Below, piece by piece: positions 52,046 to 64,000 of a DNA stretch of 64,000 nucleotides. The notes under the pieces were generated by a model, which was not told where the DNA came from, searched no databases, and saw only the letters and a list, made by a program, of their open reading frames with translations. The DNA is from Lama glama (taxonomy: Eukaryota), in contig CM052817.1 in assembly GCA_028534125.1 (NCBI GenBank), positions 102,054,001 through 102,118,000 of the forward strand, in the 5' to 3' direction. Position 1 is the first letter of the stretch; every line of letters begins with the position of its first letter. Made by a program: the position numbers and the translations under genes.

Positions 52046-54062
52046 CTATTCCTTTATGCATAGTAGGTACTTTAATAAGTATGGAAAGACAGGATGTAAC
52101 AGGAGACAGAGAGGGGAAGTAGGGAAAAGAGGTGGTCACTGAAGTGAAGTGTCACAGCCTGAGGGATTAGAAAAATGCTTCTCTGCCTTAGGACCCTTCT
52201 AAAACAAGAGAAATTTTTAAAAAATCACTCAATTCAAGAACACTACATCTGATAATGGGATTTGCAGCAGTTGAAAAAAAAATAGCACCTATTCAAGGTC
52301 TCTGCTGGGTTTCCTCATTCAATCCTACTGTCCTTAGAAACAAGCTTGAAACCTATCCTGATATAGTGAAAACAGCCCCTAAATTACAGTTATAGTGAAA
52401 ACACCCCTAAATGACGTCAAATTGATACATATTTTTTCCTAGACACTTAAAAGATTTTCACTAAAAGCAAGAGAAGAAAGGAAAAGCCCTGGAACAGACA
52501 GTATTTTCCCCAGGACCTTTCCAACACTAAACACCCAAAGCAAAATCAATGATCACTATAAATATTAAAGGAAACAAGTATGTGGTATTGCCCACAAAAC
52601 TGAAAATTCAGTGAAAGGGGCATAAAACAGAATTCATAATGGAGAAAGAACAGGAAAACCCAAGCTGCATATATTGCTCTCTTTGAAAACATTATGTTTA
52701 ACAAAACCATGACAATGTTTAAAAATCATTAATTGGAGTTTCTAAGTGATTATTCTTTTCAAGCTAGTTGCAAAGTCATTCAGTAACAAAGTAAAGGATT
52801 TTAATCAATCACGTTGAATCAAGTTACAACATATGTTGAGAACTCTCACGTTTATTATAATCTGATGCTTATTTTGTTACATTTCAGGAGACGTTGTTAA
52901 TATAAAAATGTCATATTTTTGGTACATTTTTCGTAGAAATATGTTTTTACAGTGGTGCAGTATGTTTTACTTTCAGCGCTAAATCACAGTTTTGTGTTTC
53001 CTGATAGAACTTATTTTTTAAACACAGGAAATTTTATTTCAACTGCCTTGTCACATATTCTTAAGAACGGCAGTAAGAAGAGAAACAGTTATGCAGGCAA
53101 GACGTACAATCTTGTAGGTGGCCTTTTGTTCACGGGTTAGGATGCTCATTATACGCCCAATTGCAAAAGAAAACATGGAGATTGCATGCATGCAAAAGAA
53201 CAAAAATGAAGACAGAATTGCAAATGAGAATCATATATGGCCTTTCTCATGAAAGGCACCAACCTTATTTTTACTGTAAACAAAATATTCATACATCAAA
53301 TGAAATTGTAGCACACAAAGGATTTCATTTGATGAAAATACTTCAAATTAGATGCTAAGGTCATCAAAGAGCTGCAAATATTTATATATGTTCTTCCTTT
53401 GACAAAGTTTAAATTTGAGATTGCCTGAGAAAGAAGAAAATAACTGGAGAGTCTTGAATTCATCTAGGTCTTGGCTTATTGTGCACATTTTAAGTAAAAT
53501 TCTGTCTCTGGGCATCTAGATAAAACTTACAGTTACTGCTCATTTCACATCAAGATAGAAATGGTAAGACATGAAAATCATCACTGTACCATGAGGTAAG
53601 TGAAACACATAGAAGAATTTATTTATTACATTTTCAGGTTTTGAGGAATTTCATTTTAAGTCTAACATTGCATCAGAAAAGTATGATGCATTTAATGTTC
53701 TTGTTCTTTTCTTCTTTGCAAAAATACTATTAAAAAACTAACATTACCTACAGCAACAGTGAACTATCTATTTAAATGCAGAATTATGTAACAATTAACA
53801 CAATGGACTACAAAAATCAGTATTAAGTGGATATGTTTAGGTAAAATAATGATGAGAACATTTTGTTCAGAGTTGTACATGAGTAAATAATTCTAGAGCT
53901 TTACTTCTGTTATTTCTAAACAATGCAAGCGTTTTTTTTAATTGATGACTGACTTGAGAGAAGCAGATTTTTTAAAATATTTAGATTATTTTAAATTATT
54001 ACCTCTTAAATGTCCAGACACTGAAACACTTGAACATATTTCAATCATTCAAGGAAAAAAGC

Positions 54063-57000
54063 TGGGGGTGATGTCAGCAAGATGGCTGAACAGAAAGCTC
54101 TAAATCTGGTCCTCCATAGACAATATAGTCTTAACAACAATAGTAGATGGTCCAAAAAGCCTTTATAAAAACTCCAGGCTAAATTGGAGTGGGATACTTT
54201 ATTCAAAGTGCTGAAAGAAAAAAAAAAACTGCCACCAAGAATACTATATCTAGCAAAACTGCCCTTCAAATATGAAAGAGAAACAAAGACCTTCCCAGAT
54301 AAACAAGCTGAGAGAATTCATCACCACTAGACCTGCCTCAAGAAATGCTGAAGAGAGTTCTTCAAGTTGAGATAAAAGAACTCTAGACAGCAACAGGAAA
54401 GCATATGAAAGCACAAAACTCTTTGGTAAAGGTAAATTTTATAGACAAATACCATATCCTGTAACACTGTAATAGTGGTGTGTAAATCACTTTTGATTGC
54501 TTTTAATTTGAGTATAAAATTTAAAAGAAAAAAGAATTAAAATAACAATAATTATAAAAACTATGTTAATGAATCAAAATATAAAAAGACATAACATTTG
54601 AAATCAATAACATAAAGTGGGAGGGAGAAGTAAAGGAGCAGAGTTTTTTATGTAATTAAATTTTAAGTTGTTATCAGTTTAAAGTAGATTGCTACACAAC
54701 TATAAGATGTTTTCTGTAATCCCCACGGTGACCACAAAGAAAATATCTACAGAAGAAACACAAAAGAAAATAAGAAGGTCCTCAAAACTTTTCACTACAA
54801 AAAATGAGTGAAATACAAGGAAAGGAAGCAAGAGAAGAAAAGAGGGACAAATAACTATAAAACATACAGAAGCCAATCTTAAAATGTCAATATTAAGTCC
54901 TCCCCAATCAGTAATTACTTAAAACATAAGTGGGTTAAACTTCCCAATCAAAAAACATAGAGTGGCTGAAGGGATTAAAGAAACACAAGCTCCAACGACA
55001 TGCTGTCTAGAAGAGACTCATTTTAGATGCATGGACACCAACAGACTGAAAGTGAAAGGATGAAAAAAGATCTTCCATGCAAATGGCACCCCAAAGACAA
55101 CAGAGGCGTCTATACTTATATCAAACAAAATACAGTTTAAGTCAAAAACTGATATGAGATAAAGAAGGACATTCTATCAAAAGGTCTATTCACCAGGAAG
55201 ATATAGCAATTATAAATATATATGCACCTAATGGTAGAGCACCCAAACATGTGAAGCAAACACTCACAGAATTGAAGGAAGAAACAGATAGTAACACAAA
55301 AATAGTAGGCTATTTCAATTCCCCACTCAGTAATGGACAGGTCAACCAGACAGAAGATCAATAAGGAAGCACGGGACTCCAACGACATCATAGACTAATT
55401 GGACCTAGCAGACATATACAGAAGACTTGACCCAACAACACCAGACAGAATACACATCCTCAAGTGTATTACACATTCTCGAGTATAGCCTCAAGTGCAT
55501 ATGGAACACTCTCCAGAACAGATCACATGTTAGGCCACAGGATGTTAACAAATTTAAGAAGATTAAAATCATACTAAATATCTTCTGACTACAATGGAAT
55601 AAAATTAGAAATAAATAGCAAGGGGAACCTGGAAAATCACACTGGAAATTAAATAACACACTCTTGAACAACTAACAGGTCAAAGGAGAAATCTAAAGGG
55701 AAATTAGATATCTTGAGACACATGAAACAAAAACACAACATATAAAAACATGAGATGTAACAAACATAGTACTCAGAGAGAATTTTACAGCAGTAACTGC
55801 CTACATTAAAAAAGAAGAAAGTTCACAAATCAACAACATAACTTTACACCTTAAGGAAGTAGAAAAAGAGAAATAAACTAAAAACAAAGCAGAAAGAAAA
55901 AAAATAAAGATTAGAGCAGACATAAATTAAATAGTAGGAAAACAATTAAAAATCAATAAAACTAAGGGTTTTTTAAACCAATAAATTTGACAATTTCTTA
56001 GCTAGACAAAGAAAAAAGTGAGAAGATGCAAATGACAAAAATCAGAAGTGAAAAAGGAGACATTATAATTGATGCCACAGAAATAAAACGTATCATAAGA
56101 GACTACTATGAACAATTATACACAAACAAATTAGATAACTTAGAAGAAATGGGTAAATTTCTAGAAACATACATCCTACCAAAATCAAATCATGAAGGAA
56201 AAAAATTATGAACAAATCTATAACCAGTAAAGAGATTGAATCAGTAATAAAAAATCTCCCAATAAAGAGGAACAGATGGCTTCCCTGGTGAATTCTACCA
56301 AACATGTAAACAAGAATTAAACAATTCTTCTCAAACTCTTCCAAAAAAATAAGTAAATAAAGAGGATAGAACACTTCCCAACTTATTTCATGAGGCCAGC
56401 ATTACTCTGATATCAAAACCAGACAAAATCACTGCAGGAAAACTACAGACCAATCAATATCCCTGATGAATAGAAATGCAAAGATCCTCAACAAAGTATT
56501 AGCAAACTGAATCAACAGCACGTTAAAAGGATCATGTGCTGTAACCAATTGACATTCATCCCTGGGATGTAATGATGGTTCAACATATGAAAATCAGTCA
56601 ATGCAATACACTACATTAACAGAACAAAGGATGAAAGCCACATTATCATCTCAGTATATGCAGAACATTTGGAAAAATTCAACAATCTCTCGTGATAAAC
56701 ACACTCAATAAACTAGAAGTATAAGGAAGTTACCACAGTATAATAAAGGCCAGATACAAAAAGTTTATAGTTAATATCTTGCTCAATGGTGAAAAACCAA
56801 AAGCTCTACTAAGATCAGGAACAAGGTAAGGATGCCAATTCTTACCACTTCTAAGCAGTGTAGTAGTGGAAGTCCTACTCAGGGAAATCAAGCTTAGAAA
56901 TTAAATGCATCAAAATCATAAAAGAAGAAATAAAATGGTATCTGTTCTCATGAAATGATGACTTGATCTTACATGTAGAAAACCCTACAGATTCCACAAA

Positions 57001-58815
57001 AAAAATCATTTGCTTTTCTATGCACTAACAATGCACAATCTAAAAAAATTAGGAAAGCAGTCCCAATTACAATAGTGTCAAAAATAATGAGGAATAAATT
57101 TACCTAAGCAGATGAAAGTTTTATACACTAAAAACTACAAAATATTGCTGAAAGAAATTAAAGAAGATACAAGTAAATGGAGAGACATCCTGTGTTCATG
57201 GAGTGGAAGATTTACTATTGTCAAAATGTCCATACTACCGAAAGCAATCTACAGAATCAATGCAATTCCTATCAAAATCCCAATGGCAAATTTTGAAGAA
57301 ATAGAAAAAAAAATCTTAAAATTCCTATGGAACCTCAAAGTACTCCAAATAGCCAAAACAATCTGGAGAAAGAAAAGCAAAGCTGGAGGCCTCACATTCC
57401 TGACTTCAAAGCATATTACAAAGCTACAGTGATCGAAACAGTATGGTACTGACAGATAGCGAGAGATATATAGGCCAATGGAACAGAACACAGATTCCAC
57501 GAATAATCTGTTACGTATCTTTTCAAAAGATCTTTGACACGGGTGCCAAGGCTACACAATAGTGAAATGATAGTCTATTTAACAAATGGTGTTAAGACCC
57601 CACTGGATATCCACATTCAAATGAATGTATTTGGAGCCTTATATTTAAAAATTAACTAAAAATGGATTTAACTCTTCTAGAAGAAAACATAGGGGAAGAA
57701 CTTCATGGCACTGTATTTAGCAATAATTTCTTGAATATGACAGCACAATTACAGGCAACAAAAGCAAAAATGAATAGGACTACATCGAAATAGAAAGCTT
57801 CAACGCAGCAAAGGAAACAACAGAGTGAAAGGCAACTTATGCAATGGGAGAGAATTTTTGCAAACTCTCTATCTGATAAGAGGTTAATCTCCAAAATATA
57901 TAAGGTACTCTAACAACTCTACAGAAAATCAAACAAACAAACAAACAAATAAACAAAAGAAGAAACCCAACTGAAAAATGAACAAGGGACTTGAATAGAT
58001 ATTTCTCCAAAGTAGATATACAAATGGCCAACAGGTACATGAAAAGATGCTCAACACCACTAACCATCAGGGAAATGCACATCAAAACCACAATGAGATA
58101 TCCCCTCACGCCAGTTAGGGTGCCTGCTATTGAAAAGAAACAAATGAAAACAAAAAATAACAAATGTCAGCAAAGGTAAGGAGAAATTGGAACTCCTGTA
58201 CATGGTTGGCGGGAATGTAAAATGGTAGAGCTGCTATGGAACATAGTATGGAGAAGCCTCTAAAAATTAAAATTAGAATTACCATATGATCCAGCAATCC
58301 TACTTCTGGGTATATAGCCAAAGAACTGAACACAGGATTTCAAAGACATATTTGCACACTCATGTTCATTGCAATATTATTTACAATAGCCAACAGGTAG
58401 AACCAACCGAAATGTCCTCCAGTGGATAAATGGATAAAGAAATGTGATATAGTACTCAGCCTTAAAAAAAAGGAAGGAAATCCTGTCATACGGTAGAACA
58501 ATGATGAATCTTGAGGAAATTATGTGAATAAGTCAGTCGCAAAAAGACAATCACTGCAAATTTTGGATCCCGTGTACGAAGGATCCAAAATAGTCAAACC
58601 CTTAAAAGCAGAAGTAGAATGGTGCTTGCTCGAGGTGGAGGGAGGCAAAAGAGTTGTTCAATGAGTACAGAGTTTCAGCTTTGGAAGATGAAAAGGTTTG
58701 AGAAATCTGCTGCACAGTGATGTAGATGCTGTTAACACTACTGTACTGTGCACTTTAAAATGGTTAAGATGGTAAATTTTATGTTTCTTACCGTCATTTA
58801 AAAAAAAGAAGAAGA
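54063..58815 (+). mobile_element. L1 (L1MB-like 3' end): 5' tip, ORF1 C-terminus, degraded ORF2 and 3' UTR
   Basis: 5' ggggtgatgtcagcaagatggctga; ORF1 ccaagaatactatatctagcaaaactg. ORF2 pieces [43 protein letters not shown] and [31 protein letters not shown]. Tail ggttaagatggtaaattttatg followed by an A-run. Confidence 0.93.
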
Positions 58816-60180
58816 AAAATTGATTTTTTTCCTTCCCACCTTCTCATCAAAAACAACTGAACAGATGTTACCAGGGCTTTCCAAAAAGTTCACCCTTGGG
58901 ATGAGACAAAGCGTGGAAAATGCTCAAAATGAATAATTTTCCAAAATTTGTGAACAGATGAAAACCATGTTCTAAAATGTAAACGGCATGCAATCTTGAA
59001 CACATTTGCTTTTGTGAACACCTAAGGAAATGACAGAAGAAGCTATAAAAAGTGCTTATTGACTTCTTACGTACTTTAATAAAAGAGGGATGTGGAAGAA
59101 AACCAATACAGAATTAATACATGCGATGAGAAGGAAACCAAACTGATTACGTCTGAAATATATTTTTAATGGGATTACGGATTTTAGTTGGCAAAATTTT
59201 TACAAGGAGTGATTATCTGTAAATGGCAGTATTTCATGATTTAAAAATGCAGTCAGAACAACCCAGAGAAAGGCAGTGCTAAAATGATTCCTGGATGTTC
59301 CTACTACCTCTCCAATTCTGTGATTTACAGAAGACTCAAACAGGAAGATTCAAAACATGAGTTGAGAATTTTCATAGTTGCTTCAATCTTGGATCAGACT
59401 CCATTCAGGTCTTGCCTGTGGATCTGCCACTGTGGATCTCCCCTCATTTTCCAGCCATTCCCTGTCCAGGCTGCATCCCCAGGCTGATAACCCTGAACTG
59501 TCAAGAGCCATCCTTATTCCCCATTCAGCACCTGGAGCCCCAGAGCCAACCAGAATCCAGAGCCTGAACACATCCAGAAAGGTTGTGCAGTTTTCCTAGA
59601 TGAGTGATCCTTAACTTTGGTTATGAAATACTCAGGATTTCCAAAAATTTCAAGAAACAAAAAAAGTCTCCAAAAAAAAAATTAAAGATATGTTTCTCTC
59701 AGATTACAAGAAATGCCTTTTATGATGTTTTTAGCTGCCATGTCATGAGTACTACCATGTACAATTTTAATGAGTCCATTTGATTGTCACAGCAGCTCTT
59801 TAGGGAGACAGTATTGCTATCCTCAAAATAATCTGAAAACAGGCAGTAAATGCTAATTAAAAACGAAAAGAAATGAAAGGAAATCCTGATATTTCTAAGT
59901 ACTTTATTCTGTTTTTTACTTACATATAAATGAAAGTTCTTTGTGAACTTTAAAGTGCTAAGAATCACCAATGCCTAAATCCCTTGCAGCTTTCAAAAAC
60001 AAAACAAAATACCCCTCTCATCTTAAGGGCTCTTCAAGCCATTGCCATATTCCCTTCTGCCCTTTCATGATCAAGTCTCATGAAAAATGGGCTGAATTCC
60101 CCAACTCCACTTCACTCTGCACTCCACTAAACTCTGGCTTCTAAAGATAAGAAGTTCCAGTGACTTTGTGCTCTCCAAAG

Positions 60181-60268
60181 TCACTACTGATGGGAATGTA
60201 AAATGGTACAGCCACTTTGGAAGATAGTTTGGCATTTTCTAATAAAACTGAACATACTCTTACCATAA
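60181..60268 (+). mobile_element. Isolated ~90 bp L1 ORF2 fragment
   Basis: tgggaatgtaaaatggtacagccactttggaaga...aacatactcttaccataa, similar to 62373-62450. Confidence 0.7.
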
Positions 60269-61369
60269 GTTACAGTTGTACATAGTGCAACTTACATGAG
60301 CAAAGGAAAAATAGTTTCCATATTTTTTAATGATTGATCTAAAATTCTTCAGGAGCCCCACCCTAATGGACAATAGAGACAAATGGTTATCTTAAACATG
60401 CTATTTAATGTCATCCCAGTCTCTTCCCTTGAAGCAGTACTGTTAGGTAATTTAGCATCTTTGGGATGCTCAGTCTTTGAGACGCCCTCCCTCTTGCACT
60501 GCTGCTCTGCTGTGAGATGACACTGGCCAGGAGGCCTGCAGTGATGAGGTGGGATCTTTGTGTGCTGTCCACTGGCTCTCAGTATTTGTCTCCAGGCAGT
60601 GAATCTGGTCTTTTATGTCCACATGTTCAAGTTCAGAACACTACCCTGCTGCCCTGACCCACTGCAGCTGGTTTTGATACTGCGGTTTTCTGATACTTGG
60701 CACATTATGTTACCCTGAATTTCAACTGTCTGCCCAACAGGTTTGGGGATGGGCTCATCTCATCTCACATGCAGCCATGGTCCTCATGGCAGACCTGCTG
60801 GGCTGGCCTCTGCATTAATCCGTGTCCCCAAGTGGGAAGGCTGGGACTATGGGAGATCTTCCAGGCTTTTCAAGAGCCAGACGGGAAGGGAACACTCCGT
60901 GTGCCTTCTCTTCACCTAAACACACTGCCCATTTTACCCTGCTTCCATTTGCCTGTGTTAGGAGAAAGCTATCCTGTGAGTTCCAAAGTGTCCTTCACTT
61001 TTAGCTTCTCCCTTAGTCTGATCCCTTGGCCCTCTCTCTTAGATGATAGCATCAGGGAAGGGAGGGGCAGGATGCTCCTGGCGGACCACTTGTTTCCTGC
61101 ATCTTTCCTCCCTTGCCTCTCCTGCGCTCCCCAGCAACTAGAAGGGGATGCTCTTTGCTTTCTTTCCATGTGGGAGATCTCCTTAGGAACCATCTTTCTT
61201 TAGAGTAAGGGCCGCCTGTTTTGCTTGTCAAAGGCAGAAAATTCTCTTTGCATTTCTGCTGTAATTATCCTAATACTATCCAAAACAAGTGGATGCCTCT
61301 CACAGAACAGGTGGAAGGTCTTACCCACAGACAGGCAATATACAAAAGAGTAGAAATACAGTTCAAAAA

Positions 61370-63130
<1,761 letters not shown>

Positions 63131-64000
63131 TTGTTAAAATATATTAACCCTATTACATCTTTAAACAAGATATAATGGTTCAGAACAGAGTTATGCAAAA
63201 ATCACCTTGAAGAAACAGAATCACTCCCAGGGCAGGAGGCTTGACTGAGGTATTAAGATACCAAAGAAGGAATGTGTAATTAAATGGATGTTAGTGAGCA
63301 ACAGAAGTCCAGGCAGTCACTAAGGCACCACAAAATTCTACTTGGCAGTGCTGTGTGAGTCTTTTCTGAGGAAAGGGTAACATAGGCCAATGACGTTCAA
63401 CACTTGAATCACACACATCCTGCTTGAACCATTTGGGATGAACAAGCAACTTTCTGAGTATAATTTGGCTCCCGTGTCCTTTTCCTAGAGAGTTTGGTCA
63501 TCCTGATATGACTCCTGTAATCCACATGGCAATCACAGTTCTTCTGTAAATGAAAGAGCTGCATTCTGGTTTGTATATCAGTCTTCTTCCTAACAGTTAA
63601 TAAGCCCCAACCTCAGGAGAGGGACTCTCTAGTTTGTTAAGATGAGGTCTTGAGCCTACATCGCGGAGGCTCAGCTGCGGGACTGGGGTTAATTCACAAA
63701 CGTGAAAACTTCTTTGTGAGATGTTTGCCTTCTTTTGAGAGAACTAGACCTTGCCTAAGGCCTTTCTCCTTCTCTTTCCTCCAGAGGTATGTCAGAGTCA
63801 GAGCTAAGGTGACGGAATTCGATACAGTTTGCAAACGGCTAGTTAGTTGGCACTCATTCTGATGAATTTCATTCCAAACAGGAGATTGGCCTTAAATAAT
63901 GAAATATGAATGACTGATAATATTGACGTCCCTCTTCATTATCGTAGAGTTATAAATTTTTGCCCTGTTCAAAGTTGTGGATGACCTAGAGACACCAGTT

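Noticed and set aside
54063..58815. Potentially active L1
   Set aside because: ORF2 is broken into many short frames and most of ORF1 is missing.

Overview
Mammalian genomic DNA: AT-rich, repeat-dense, with two 500-N assembly gaps. The young L1 3' tails and the absence of recognisable Alu, Bov, PRE or Can SINEs suggest an artiodactyl, probably a camelid; this assignment is from recall only. The only protein-coding gene is the 3' end of DCHS2 (dachsous cadherin-related 2) on the minus strand. It comprises four exons (43091-42961, 41110-40823, 39875-39743, and a terminal exon coding 37906-35283), all with canonical GT-AG sites, plus a probable ~2.9 kb 3' UTR. The most notable observation is that exon 41110-40823 carries one extra base in an A5 run (40963-40967). 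This frameshifts DCHS2 into a TGA upstream of the transmembrane domain, and is either a homopolymer sequencing error or a real loss-of-function allele. The rest is intergenic or intronic sequence layered with L1, L2, CR1, MIR, MaLR LTR and hAT fossils, several of them nested. I found no convincing evidence of a new biological system. Repeat family names come from recognised motifs, not a database search, and repeat boundaries are approximate.
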